A DNA stretch of 64,000 bases from Alphaproteobacteria bacterium (GTDB taxonomy: Bacteria > Pseudomonadota > Alphaproteobacteria > MPNO01), in contig CBDFLJ010000002.1 of assembly GCA_965248835.1 (NCBI GenBank), forward strand, positions 2,112,001 to 2,176,000, written 5' to 3'. Both the position numbers and the translations under genes were made by a program. This document shows, piece by piece, positions 29,569 through 39,016 of this stretch (its first letter is position 1; each line of letters opens with the position of its first letter). The notes under the pieces are model-generated. The model did not search any database. It had not been told where the DNA came from and saw only the letters and a list, made by a program, of their open reading frames with translations.

Positions 29569-30003
29569 CTATCGGTCGAGCGGCATGGCGACCATGCCTT
29601 CGATCTCGATCAGCATTTTCGGGTGGGCGAGCTCGGCCACGCCGACCAGCGTGCGGGGCGGCGGGTTGGCCGGGTCGAAGTGCCGCGCGGAAATCTCGTT
29701 CAGAATGTCCTGGCCGGTCATGTCGGTCAGGTAGACGTTGAGCTTGACCACCTGGGAGAAATCGGCTTCGGCGGCGGCGAGGATGGTCCCGATATTGGCG
29801 AAGGTCTTCTCGGTCTGATCGCGCATATCGCCTGAGAGCCACTCTTGCTCCGCGACCGGGTCGTGCGGATGCGTGTGGTAGATCGGGATCGGCCCGCAGC
29901 CCGAGAACAGCACCAGCCTTGCGTTCTCCACGGCGAATGCCGCGCTGAACGGGCTTTTGTGCTCGGGCTCGAGCGGAATGTGATGGATGGGGATGATCGC
30001 CAT
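29569..30003 (-). CDS. RidA family protein
   Basis: LFSG, QTEKTFANI..IL, VVKLNVYLTD, PPRTLVGV.ELA, LIEIE. Confidence 0.88.
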   Translation of the reverse strand: MAIIPIHHIPLEPEHKSPFSAAFAVENARLVLFSGCGPIPIYHTHPHDPVAEQEWLSGDMRDQTEKTFANIGTILAAAEADFSQVVKLNVYLTDMTGQDILNEISARHFDPANPPPRTLVGVAELAHPKMLIEIEGMVAMPLDR

Positions 30004-30158
30004 GGCTTGCGCTCTCTCGTCTGGGCCCGCGCGGCGGCGGGGACAATTTCCCGTCGAGGCGCCCTGTGCTCCCCGACGCGGCGGGCATCGTGCGGGACCT
30101 CGCCGGGCGCCGCAACGGGCGCACACGACGTGATGGCCGAGCGCACGCCCGATCGGGC

Positions 30159-31154
30159 TCAGACGCGGGCGCGCTCGCGCGTCGTGGGATGGAACAGCTC
30201 CGCCGGCTCCATTTCGCGCACGGCCAGGCCTTGGGCGTGGGAATAGCGGACCATCGCCGCGAGCTCGGCCAGGTTATCCTGGAAGCCGTAGGGCCAGATG
30301 TCGGGGCCGAGCAGCGCGCGGGTGGCCTCGATCTCGGCTGCGATCCACGGCATCGAGACATGCGGCGCGGTCACGTCGTCGAGCGCAGCCACCGCCAGGG
30401 TCTTGGCCGCGAGGAAGGCCTTGTAGAGGCTCGCCGGCAGCCACGGATGGACTTCCGCCAGGCTCTCGCGCACCACCAGCGTGTGCATGATCGGGTAGAG
30501 CCGGGTCTTTCTGTAATAGGCCTCCTCGGCCGCACGGTAGTCGGGGAATAGCCGCCGAACCGCCCCCTTGCCGTCCGGGTCGAAACACGACGGCGCGCGG
30601 GCGCTGATCACAGCCGTCAGGGCGCCGTCCGCCAGCATCGGCGACAAGGACTGATCCGCGTCGATCGGCTCGACGGTGATCGCGGACGGCAGGTCGAGCC
30701 GGAAGGCGCCGTAGCGCCCGGGCTGCTCCAGCCCGCCGGTGCGCCAATGGATGTCGGAGGGCAACACGCCGTACTCATCGGCCAGCATGCCGCGCACCCA
30801 GAGCGCGGCGGTCATCGCATAGACCGGCACCCCGACCTGCCTGCCCTTCAGCTCCTCGGGCCGCTCGATGCCGGCGTCAGCCCGGACATACAGCGCCGAA
30901 TGCCGGAACATCCGCGAGGTGAAGACCGGGATCGCGATATAGGGGATCTCGCCGCGCGAGCGCGCAAGGATGTAGGACGACAGCGAGACCTCGGCGACGT
31001 CGAATTCCTGGTTGGTGAACGTCCGATACGAGGACTCTTCGATCGGGATCGGGAAATAGGCGGTCTCGCAGCCTTCGACGGCAACGCGCCGGTCGATGAC
31101 GGGCCTCACCCGATCGTAATCACCGGTGGCGATGGTGATGGGAAGCTTCGCCAT
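30159..31154 (-). CDS. 4,5-dihydroxyphthalate decarboxylase-like / periplasmic-binding-fold protein
   Basis: GDYDRV, FDVAEVSLSSY, IPVFTSRMFRHS, YAMTAALWVRG, YPIMH, WPYG. Confidence 0.82.
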   Translation of the reverse strand: MAKLPITIATGDYDRVRPVIDRRVAVEGCETAYFPIPIEESSYRTFTNQEFDVAEVSLSSYILARSRGEIPYIAIPVFTSRMFRHSALYVRADAGIERPEELKGRQVGVPVYAMTAALWVRGMLADEYGVLPSDIHWRTGGLEQPGRYGAFRLDLPSAITVEPIDADQSLSPMLADGALTAVISARAPSCFDPDGKGAVRRLFPDYRAAEEAYYRKTRLYPIMHTLVVRESLAEVHPWLPASLYKAFLAAKTLAVAALDDVTAPHVSMPWIAAEIEATRALLGPDIWPYGFQDNLAELAAMVRYSHAQGLAVREMEPAELFHPTTRERARV

Positions 31155-31186
31155 TAAATGGATTTAAATCGTGAAATATCAATCTA

Positions 31187-32122
31187 TTAGAAATTTACCT
31201 TATCACCACCCTTCAGGTTAAGCCGCGCCCTTGCCTCCTCCGGCGTGGCGACTTCGAGCGAGAGCTCCTCGATGATCCGACGAATTTTGGCCACCTGCTC
31301 GGCATTCGACTCGGCCAGTCGGCCGCGGCCGGCATACAGGCTGTCCTCGAGACCGACGCGGACATTGCCGCCCATCATCGCACCCATCGTGCACAGGCTC
31401 ATCTGGTGGCGGCCGGCGCCGAGGATCGACCATTCGTAGTCCTCGCCGAACAACCGGTCGGCGGTCTGCTTCATGAAGACCAGGTTCTCCTTGTCGGTGC
31501 CGATGCCGCCGAGGATGCCGAAGATCGTCTGGACGAACATCGGCGGCTCGACCAGCCCGCGGTCGAGGAAGTGAGCGAGGTTGTAGAGATGGCCGACATC
31601 GTAGCACTCGAACTCGAACCGGGTGCCGTGCGCCTGCCCCAGGTCCTTAAGGATTCGTTCTATATCGCGGAACGTGTTACGAAAAATGAAATCGTCCGTG
31701 CCGCGCAGATAAGGCTCTTCCCAGTCGTGTTTCCACGTCGAGAACCGGTCCGCGGCCTGGAAGATGCCGAAGTTCATCGAGCCCATGTTGAGCGAGGCGA
31801 CCTCGGGCTTGGCGACCAGGGCCGCGGCCATGCGCTCCTCGACGGTCATGCCGAGCCCGCCGCCGGTGGTGATGTTGATGACCGCATCGGTGTTCTGCTT
31901 GATGCGGGGCAGGAAGTCCATGAACACCGAGGGGTCGGGCGTCGGCCGGCCGTCGCGCGGATCACGGGCGTGGAGATGCAGGATCGAGGCGCCGGCCTCG
32001 GCTGCGCCGATTGCCTGCTCGGCGATCTGATCGGGCGTCAGCGGCAGGTAGTCCGACATGGTCGGGGTGTGTATCGCGCCGGTCACCGCACAGGTAATGA
32101 TGACCTTGCCGTTTTTCGCCAT
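31187..32122 (-). CDS. 3-keto-5-aminohexanoate cleavage (BKACE/DUF849) family protein
   Basis: IITCAVTGAIHTP, ILHLHARDP, SLNMGSMNF, EFECYD, VRVGLED. Confidence 0.93.
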   Translation of the reverse strand: MAKNGKVIITCAVTGAIHTPTMSDYLPLTPDQIAEQAIGAAEAGASILHLHARDPRDGRPTPDPSVFMDFLPRIKQNTDAVINITTGGGLGMTVEERMAAALVAKPEVASLNMGSMNFGIFQAADRFSTWKHDWEEPYLRGTDDFIFRNTFRDIERILKDLGQAHGTRFEFECYDVGHLYNLAHFLDRGLVEPPMFVQTIFGILGGIGTDKENLVFMKQTADRLFGEDYEWSILGAGRHQMSLCTMGAMMGGNVRVGLEDSLYAGRGRLAESNAEQVAKIRRIIEELSLEVATPEEARARLNLKGGDKVNF

Positions 32123-32136
32123 TTTGCAGGCCTCCC

Positions 32137-32178
32137 CAGTCCTCGAAAATCAGTCCTCGAAAATCAGTCCTCGAAAAT
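32137..32178. repeat. three perfect tandem copies of 14-bp CAGTCCTCGAAAAT
   Basis: Read directly; overlaps the cyclase stop codon. Confidence 0.9.
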
Positions 32179-32940
32179 CGCCACCGCCCGGGTCCAGCCG
32201 GCCGAGGCGCCCTTAATCTTCACCGGGAAGCAGGACACCATGAACCCGGTGTCGGGCAATTCCTCGAGGTTGCCCAGCTTCTCGATCTGGCAATAGCCGA
32301 TGTCACGCCCGGCCTTGTGCCCCTCCCAGATGATGGAGGGATCGCCGGTCTCCTCCCAGCGTGTTTTGGTGTGGACGAACGGCGCATCCCAGCTCCAGCC
32401 GTCGGTGCCGCAGATCCTGACGCCGCGCTTGGTCAGGTAGAGCGTCGCCTCGCGCCCCATGCCGCAGCCGCGCGCGACATAATCGTCCTCGCCGTAGCGT
32501 GCGCCGGCGGCGGTGTTGACCAGAACGATGTCGAGCGGGGCAAGCGCATGGCCGATGCGGTCGAGTTCGGCCTCGATATCGGCTGCGGAGACGACATAGC
32601 CGTCCTCGAAGCGGCGGAAGTCGAACTTGACCCCGGGCTGGAAGCACCAGTCGAGCGGCACCTCGTCTATGGTGATCGCCCTTTTCCCGCCGTCCATGGT
32701 CGAATGGTAATGCCACGGCGCATCGACATGCGTGCCATTGTGGGTGGAAAGGCTGACCCATTCGATCGCCCAAGCTTCGCGGTCGGGGAGCTGTTCCGCC
32801 GTCAGGCCGGGGAAGAAGTCGCACATCTGGTCGACCGTCTCGCCATGCGCCTGGTACCTGATCTCCGGCTGCATGAACGGAGGATCCGAAGCGATCCCCG
32901 ATTCGAGCGGCACCGAGATATCGAGGATCCGTCTTGCCAT
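32164..32940 (-). CDS. cyclase family protein (kynurenine formamidase-like)
   Basis: STHNGTHVDAPWH, GTDGWSWD, QIEKL.NL, FPVKIKGASAG..RAVA. Confidence 0.92.
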   Translation of the reverse strand: MARRILDISVPLESGIASDPPFMQPEIRYQAHGETVDQMCDFFPGLTAEQLPDREAWAIEWVSLSTHNGTHVDAPWHYHSTMDGGKRAITIDEVPLDWCFQPGVKFDFRRFEDGYVVSAADIEAELDRIGHALAPLDIVLVNTAAGARYGEDDYVARGCGMGREATLYLTKRGVRICGTDGWSWDAPFVHTKTRWEETGDPSIIWEGHKAGRDIGYCQIEKLGNLEELPDTGFMVSCFPVKIKGASAGWTRAVAIFED

Positions 32941-34055
32941 CACGCGGGCTCCCTGGTGTCGATATGGATGTGGACGGGCTCCGGGCCGTCCCTGGTCTCG
33001 CGGCCCAGCACCTGGACGGCCTTCTCGGCCTCGCCGATCCTGTAGGAATGGGTACACATCACCTCGAGCTCGCGCCACCGCGCCTTGAGAATGTCGATCG
33101 CCTTGGCGGTGTCGGTCCAGTCCGAGGACAAGACCCCCAGCATCGAGATTTCCTTGTAGATCAGCCGGTCGGTATAGAAGTCGCCCAGCGCGTTGTCGGT
33201 CTTCAGCCCGGCAACCACGATGGTGCCGCCCTTGCGGACCATCTCGACGGCCTGGTGCAGCGGCTCGGTCGCGCCGGCCGAGACATCGACCACCACGTCG
33301 GCGCCGTGCCCGCCGGTCAGGTCCTTGACCCGGGCGACCGCGTCCTCTTCCTCGACGTTGATCGCCGCATCCGCGCCCAGTTGGCGGGCAAGCGCCAGCC
33401 GTTCGGCATCGGCCGCCGTGCCGGTGATGATCACCTGGGCTGCGCCGGCCTCGCGCGCGACGACGACGGCCAGCAGCCCGCGCTGGCCGGGGCCGGTGAT
33501 GACCACCGAATCGCCCGCCTTGGTGCCCGGACGCTCCCACGCCCAGCGGACGGCGTTCGACATCGGATTGAACAGGCTGAGCGGTGCCGTCGGCACGTCC
33601 TCGGGCGCCTTGTGCAGGCGGGTCCTTGGATGGAGATAGAGGTGGGAGGCATAGCCGCCCCACAGGCGCGGCGCGGTGTCGAAGCCGACGCGCAAACCGT
33701 ATCCCATACCGTTGTCGCACAGCACCATGCGATTGTCTTTGCAATACCGGCATTCGCCGCAGCCGATCGAGGTCTCGACGATCACCCGGTCGCCTTCCCT
33801 GACCCCCCAGCGCTCGAGCGCCTTGGCGCCGGCGCGGTCTATCCAGCCGAAGATCTCGTGGCCGGGGATGATGGGAAAGATCTGGGTCTGGGAAGCGCCC
33901 AGCCTCCCGTCATACTGCTCGTAGTCGGTGCCGCACAGACCCGCGGCTTCCATCTTGAGCACCCCGTCTTCGGGGCCGACCTCCGGGACCGCGACCTCGC
34001 GGTATTCGAAGCTCCGGGGCGCGGTCAGCACGGCCGCGAACGCGTTGTCGGGCAT
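32940..34055 (-). CDS. zinc-binding (medium-chain) dehydrogenase
   Basis: GLCGTD, IPGHE, CGECRYC...C, GPGQRGL. Confidence 0.92.
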   Translation of the reverse strand: MPDNAFAAVLTAPRSFEYREVAVPEVGPEDGVLKMEAAGLCGTDYEQYDGRLGASQTQIFPIIPGHEIFGWIDRAGAKALERWGVREGDRVIVETSIGCGECRYCKDNRMVLCDNGMGYGLRVGFDTAPRLWGGYASHLYLHPRTRLHKAPEDVPTAPLSLFNPMSNAVRWAWERPGTKAGDSVVITGPGQRGLLAVVVAREAGAAQVIITGTAADAERLALARQLGADAAINVEEEDAVARVKDLTGGHGADVVVDVSAGATEPLHQAVEMVRKGGTIVVAGLKTDNALGDFYTDRLIYKEISMLGVLSSDWTDTAKAIDILKARWRELEVMCTHSYRIGEAEKAVQVLGRETRDGPEPVHIHIDTREPA

Positions 34056-34283
34056 TGCCGGGTCTCCCTGCGGTCGCCGTCTCGCGGTCCAGGCGCCGCA
34101 TGGCATTAAATCCGCCGCATGTGCGCCACGAGCCGGACCGGCGCGATCGGATCGGGACCGTTCTAGCACGGCCCGATCGGAGCCGGCGAGACGGGGCGCG
34201 ACAGCGTCGGTACAAATGTCGCGCTCTTGAGGTATGCTGGCGCCCCTTTCTGCGCCGCCACCGGCCGTCACGGAGCGAAAATC

Positions 34284-35450
34284 ATGACCGCATGCATCGT
34301 GGGATGGTCCCACACCAAGTTCGGCAAGCACGACGGAATCGACATCGAATCCCTGATCACCGATGTGGCGGGCCGGGCGCTTCACGATGCCGGGGTGGAA
34401 CCGGCGGATGTCGACGAGATCTATATCGGGCTGTTCAACGGCGGGTTCGTAAAACAGGATTTCCCCTCATCGCTCGTGCTCCAGACCGATGACGCGCTGC
34501 GCTTCAAGCCGGCAACCCGGGTCGAGAACGCGTGCGCGACCGGATCGGCCGCGATCCACCAGGGGCTGAAGTCGATCGCCGCCCGGCAGGCGCGTATCGT
34601 GCTGGTTGTCGGTGTCGAGAAGATGACCGAGCTTGCCGGCGCCGCCATCGGCGAGGTGCTGACCAAGGCCGCCTATCTCAAGGAGGAAGGCGGCGAGTAC
34701 GGCAGCTTCGTGGATATCTTCGGGCGCATCGCCGAGCACTACTTCCAGCGCTATGGCGATCAGACCGATGCCCTGGCCAGGATCGCGGCGAAGAACCATG
34801 CCAACGGCGCAGCCAACCCGCTGGCCCATTTCCAGAAGGATCTGGGCTACGAATTCTGCCGCACGCCGTCGGACAAGAACCCGGTGGTCTCCGGCCCGCT
34901 CAAGCGGACCGACTGCTCACCGGTCACCGACGGCGCGGCCGCGCTGGTGCTGGCCGACATGGAGACCGCGCTTGGCCGGGACAAGGCGGTCGTCTTCCGG
35001 GCGGCGCGCCAGGTCAACGATTACCTGCCGCTCAGCCGGCGCGACCCGACCCGGTTCGAAGGGGTCGAGCGGGTCTGGCAGCAGGCCTTCGCGGACAGCG
35101 GACTGGCGCTGGACGACCTCGACATGCTGGAGGTCCATGACTGCTTCACCATCGCCGAGCTGATGATCTACGAGGCGATCGGCCTGACACCGCAGGGCCA
35201 GGGCGCGCGCGCGATCGAGCAGGGCTGGACCACCAAGGAGGGCAAGCTGCCGATCAACCCCTCCGGCGGGCTCAAATCGAAGGGCCATCCGATCGGGGCG
35301 ACCGGGGTGTCGATGCACGTGATGGCGGCAATGCAGGTGCGCGGCGAAGCCGGCGGGCTCCAGGTGCCGGGTGCGAAACTCGCCGGGGTGTTCAACATGG
35401 GCGGCTCGGCGGTCGCCAACTACGCCAGCATCGTCGAGCCGCTGCGCTGA
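34284..35450 (+). CDS. acetyl-CoA acetyltransferase (SCP2-type thiolase)
   Basis: VENACATGSAA, DCSPVTDGAAA, EVHDCF, NPSGGLKSKGHPIGATG. Confidence 0.93.
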   Translation: MTACIVGWSHTKFGKHDGIDIESLITDVAGRALHDAGVEPADVDEIYIGLFNGGFVKQDFPSSLVLQTDDALRFKPATRVENACATGSAAIHQGLKSIAARQARIVLVVGVEKMTELAGAAIGEVLTKAAYLKEEGGEYGSFVDIFGRIAEHYFQRYGDQTDALARIAAKNHANGAANPLAHFQKDLGYEFCRTPSDKNPVVSGPLKRTDCSPVTDGAAALVLADMETALGRDKAVVFRAARQVNDYLPLSRRDPTRFEGVERVWQQAFADSGLALDDLDMLEVHDCFTIAELMIYEAIGLTPQGQGARAIEQGWTTKEGKLPINPSGGLKSKGHPIGATGVSMHVMAAMQVRGEAGGLQVPGAKLAGVFNMGGSAVANYASIVEPLR

Positions 35451-35511
35451 GCCGCTCCGGCGGGAACGCGCGGCGTCCTGCGAAGGAGCATGGAAAGCCG
35501 CGGCCCTCGGC

Positions 35512-36150
35512 TCAATAGAGCCGGTTCTCGTACGAATCGCGGATCGAGGCCTCGATCTCTTCCAGGGGCTTGTCGCGGGCCCGCTGATCCTTGGTGATCT
35601 GGGCAAGCGAGGGGAAGGCGGAGCGTGCGATGACGGTCTGCGGATCCCACAGCTTGGCCCGCTTGATCGCCTTGGCGCAGTGGAAAAAGATCTCATCGAG
35701 ATCGATGAGAATGCCGTAGGCCGGGGCCCGGTCGCGCACCCGCATGTCGTCCAGCGCGTCCTTGTCATCGATCACCCGGGCACGGCCGGAGGCGCGCAGC
35801 ACCTCCTCGACCCCGGGCAGCAGGAAGATCAGCCCGACCGACTGACCGGAGTTCTCGATGATGTTCATCATCGTGTCGGCGCGCCGGTTGCCGGGGCGCT
35901 CGGGGATCAGGACGGTGCGGTGGTCGATCACCTTGACGAAGCCCGCCGGATCGCCGCGCGGGCTGACATCGGCGCGGCCGTCGGCGCCGACGGTGGAGAT
36001 GAACAGCATCGGCGACATCGCGATGAACTGCCGTGCGTGCTTGTCGAGCGCCGGCATCTCCTTGTTGACGATCAGGGGGGCCGGCTCGCCCACGCCGTCG
36101 CGCAGGACCTCCGGCTCGTCGATTGTGCTGAACGCGGCGGCGTCGCTCAT
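35512..36150 (-). CDS. pyridoxamine 5'-phosphate oxidase-like FMN-binding protein
   Basis: FIAMSPMLF, DVSPRGDPAGFV, PERPGNRRAD, FFHCAKA. Confidence 0.88.
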   Translation of the reverse strand: MSDAAAFSTIDEPEVLRDGVGEPAPLIVNKEMPALDKHARQFIAMSPMLFISTVGADGRADVSPRGDPAGFVKVIDHRTVLIPERPGNRRADTMMNIIENSGQSVGLIFLLPGVEEVLRASGRARVIDDKDALDDMRVRDRAPAYGILIDLDEIFFHCAKAIKRAKLWDPQTVIARSAFPSLAQITKDQRARDKPLEEIEASIRDSYENRLY

Positions 36151-36255
36151 GGTGGTGCTCCTTGCATCCGGATTTGCCGGAGTCTCTCTCGCCGGCGAGG
36201 CGCATGCAAGCCGCCAAGCTTGACGATCCGATCCCGGGTATGGGACGGAAGGGAC

Positions 36256-37770
36256 ATGAACCTTGCAAGCCTCCTGGTCAAATCGGCGCTGGCGCGGGCC
36301 GATCGGCCGGCGGTCGCGGTCGGCACCGGGACGGCCGCGACCTACCGCACGCTGGCCGCCCGGGCCGCCAGGATCGCAGCCGGGCTGCGCGGGATCCACG
36401 GCCTGGAGCCCGGCGACCGCGTCGCGCTGGCGATGAAGAACTGTCCTTCGTTCATCGAGACTCTTTTTGCGATCTGGCATGCCGGGCTGGTGGCGGTGCC
36501 GATGAACGCCAAGCTCCACCCCAAGGAGCACGCCTATATCCTGGAGAATTCCCAGGCACGGCTGTGCGTGGCCACCGCGGAGCTCGTGTCCGGCATCGCC
36601 GAGGAGGACCCGGGGCTCGACGCGCTGATCGAGGCCGACGGCCCCGAATACGAAGCGCTGACGCGCGCCCGGCCGATGGCGATGGTCGCTTCCTCCCCGG
36701 AGGACCTCGCGTGGCTGTTCTACACCAGCGGCACGACCGGGCGGCCCAAGGGCGCGATGCTGTCGCACCGCAATCTCCTGATGATGACGCTGAACTATTT
36801 CGCCGATGTCGATTCGGTCGGGCCCGGCGATGCGGTCATCCACGCGGCCCCGCTCAGCCACGGCTCGGGCCTCTACATGCTGCCTTTCATCGCCAAGGGC
36901 GCCTGCAACGTGATCCCGGCCTCCGGCGGCTTCGAGGCCGAGGAGTTCCTGTCGCTTGTGCCGTCCTGGCCGGGGACGGCGGCGTTCTTTGCGCCGACCA
37001 TGGTCACCAGGCTGATCAACGCGCCGTCGATCGGCACGGCGGATCTCGCCAACTTGCGGACCATCGTCTATGGCGGCGCGCCGATGTATGCCGAGGACTG
37101 CGTGCGGGCCCTGGATGCGCTCGGGCCTACGCTGGTGCAGATCTACGGCCAGGGCGAGGCGCCGATGACCATCACCGGCCTGCCGCGTGATGTCTATGAG
37201 GACCGCGACCATCCGCGCTACATGGCCCGGCTCGGCTCGGCGGGAGTCGCGCGCACGGACGTCGAGGTCCGCGTGGTCGATGCCGAGGACAAGGACGTTC
37301 CGGTCGGCGAGGTCGGCGAGGTCCTTGCCCGCGGCGACGTGGTGATGAAGGGCTACTGGCGCAATCCGGATGCGACCGCGGAGACCCTGCGCGGCGGCTG
37401 GCTGCATACCGGTGACATGGGCGCGTTCGATGAGGACGGGTACCTGACGCTGAAGGACCGCTCCAAGGACCTGATCATCTCCGGCGGGTCCAACATCTAT
37501 CCGCGCGAGGTCGAGGAGGTGCTGCTGCGCCACCCCGCCGTGCTGGAGGTCTCGGTCATCGGCAAGCCCGATCCGGACTGGGGCGAGTCGGTGATGGCCT
37601 TCGTCGTCGCCCGCCCCGGCGAGGCGCTGAGCGAGGCCGCGCTCGACCGGCTGTGCACCGAGCACATCGCCCGGTTCAAGCGGCCCAAGGCCTATCGGTT
37701 CATCGACGCGCTGCCCAAGAACAATTACGGCAAGGTGCTCAAGACCGCGCTGCGCGAACGGCCGGACTGA
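36256..37770 (+). CDS. acyl-CoA synthetase (AMP-binding)
   Basis: YTSGTTGRPKG, QIYGQGE, GWLHTGD, DRSKD.IISGGSNIYPREVE, LPKNNYGKV. Confidence 0.95.
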   Translation: MNLASLLVKSALARADRPAVAVGTGTAATYRTLAARAARIAAGLRGIHGLEPGDRVALAMKNCPSFIETLFAIWHAGLVAVPMNAKLHPKEHAYILENSQARLCVATAELVSGIAEEDPGLDALIEADGPEYEALTRARPMAMVASSPEDLAWLFYTSGTTGRPKGAMLSHRNLLMMTLNYFADVDSVGPGDAVIHAAPLSHGSGLYMLPFIAKGACNVIPASGGFEAEEFLSLVPSWPGTAAFFAPTMVTRLINAPSIGTADLANLRTIVYGGAPMYAEDCVRALDALGPTLVQIYGQGEAPMTITGLPRDVYEDRDHPRYMARLGSAGVARTDVEVRVVDAEDKDVPVGEVGEVLARGDVVMKGYWRNPDATAETLRGGWLHTGDMGAFDEDGYLTLKDRSKDLIISGGSNIYPREVEEVLLRHPAVLEVSVIGKPDPDWGESVMAFVVARPGEALSEAALDRLCTEHIARFKRPKAYRFIDALPKNNYGKVLKTALRERPD

Positions 37771-37778
37771 CCGCGGCG

Positions 37779-38867
37779 ATGCGCCTGGGCTTCTTCACCC
37801 AACCCGTCCATCCGATCGATCGCGACTACCGCACGGTGCTGGAGGAGGACCGCGAGGCGGTGCTGCTGGCCGACCGGCTGGGATATGAAGAGGCCTTCAT
37901 CGGCGAACACTACACCGATCTCGCCGAGCCGATCACCTCGTGTCTGATGTTCATCGCCTCGCTCGCGCGCGATGCGCCGCGCATCACCTTCGGCAGCGGG
38001 GTGGTCAATTTGCCAAGCTATCACCCGGCGATGATTGCCGGCCAGGTCGCGATGCTGGACCACATGCTCGAGGGCCGGTTCATTCTCGGCATCGGCCCCG
38101 GCGGGCTGCCGTCGGACATCGAGGTGTTCGGCAATCTCGATCTCGACCGCAACGCCAAGATGGCCGAAATCTTCGACCAGGTTCTGGCCCTCTGGAACGG
38201 CGATGCGCCCTATGACGTCGAAGGCCTCTACAACGCCTTCACCACCCGGCGGACGCTGCTCGCCGAGATCGGCCAGGGCATCGCACCCAGGCCGCGTCAA
38301 TTGCCCCATCCGCCGGTGGTCGTCACCGCGCTGGCGCCGGCCTCCGAGGGCATCGCCAGAGCGGCCGAGCGCGGTTGGACTCCGATCTCATCGAACTATG
38401 TCCAGGCGCGTGTCGTGGCGACCCATTTGCCCAAATACCTCGAAGGCTGCCGGCGCGGGGACCGCACGGCCGACCCGGCCGCGTGGCGGGTGGCCAAGTC
38501 GATCTTCGTCGCCGACGACGAGGCGACCGCGCAGGCCTATGCCAAATCCGCCGACGGCCCTTATGGCCATTACTTCCATTCGATCATCAAGAAACTCACC
38601 CGCGGCGGCCGGTTCGACCTGTTCAAGGACTCCGCGGATCTGCCCGACGAGGCGGTCTCGGTCGAGCGCTCGCTCGCCACGCAGGTCATCGCCGGCACGG
38701 TGCCCAGCGTCATCGACCAGATCCTGCGCTTGCGTGAGCAACTCGGCGCCTTCGGCACGCTGCTCTATACCGGCCACGATTGGCGCAACCCGCCGCTCGG
38801 CCGCCGTTCGATGGTGCTGATGGCCGAGGCGGTGATGCCGGGCGTCAACGCGGCGCTCGGCGAATAG
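37779..38867 (+). CDS. LLM-class flavin-dependent oxidoreductase
   Basis: ADRLGYEEAFIGEH, HPAMIA..VAMLDH..EGRF..GIGPG, P.Q.PHPP. Confidence 0.92.
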   Translation: MRLGFFTQPVHPIDRDYRTVLEEDREAVLLADRLGYEEAFIGEHYTDLAEPITSCLMFIASLARDAPRITFGSGVVNLPSYHPAMIAGQVAMLDHMLEGRFILGIGPGGLPSDIEVFGNLDLDRNAKMAEIFDQVLALWNGDAPYDVEGLYNAFTTRRTLLAEIGQGIAPRPRQLPHPPVVVTALAPASEGIARAAERGWTPISSNYVQARVVATHLPKYLEGCRRGDRTADPAAWRVAKSIFVADDEATAQAYAKSADGPYGHYFHSIIKKLTRGGRFDLFKDSADLPDEAVSVERSLATQVIAGTVPSVIDQILRLREQLGAFGTLLYTGHDWRNPPLGRRSMVLMAEAVMPGVNAALGE

Positions 38868-38884
38868 ATCCGGGCGCACGGCGC

Positions 38885-38990
38885 CTAAAGCATCAGCCCC
38901 ATTCGGCTGGGCAGCCACAGGGCGAGGCTCGGGAAAACCGTAAGGATCGCAAGGCGGACCATGTCGGCGATCAGGAAGGCGGTGATGCGC
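38885..38990 (-). pseudogene. C-terminal fragment of a TRAP large permease (DctM)
   Basis: ITAFLIADMVRLAILTVFPSLALWLPSRMGLML* resembles the DctM terminal helix (FP.L.LWLP). Confidence 0.6.
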
Positions 38991-39016
38991 GGGATCGATC
39001 CGTGCCGGCCGGCCGC

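Noticed and set aside
31150-31200. AT-rich patch between the BKACE and decarboxylase-like genes
   Set aside because: Too short and without a clear dyad or promoter consensus to call.
35371-37770. Apparent long N-terminal extensions or fusions in the ORF track (799-aa CoA ligase, 676-aa acyl-CoA dehydrogenase, 529-aa cyclase, 585-aa decarboxylase-like)
   Set aside because: The extensions overlap neighbouring genes. Family-typical starts lie downstream.
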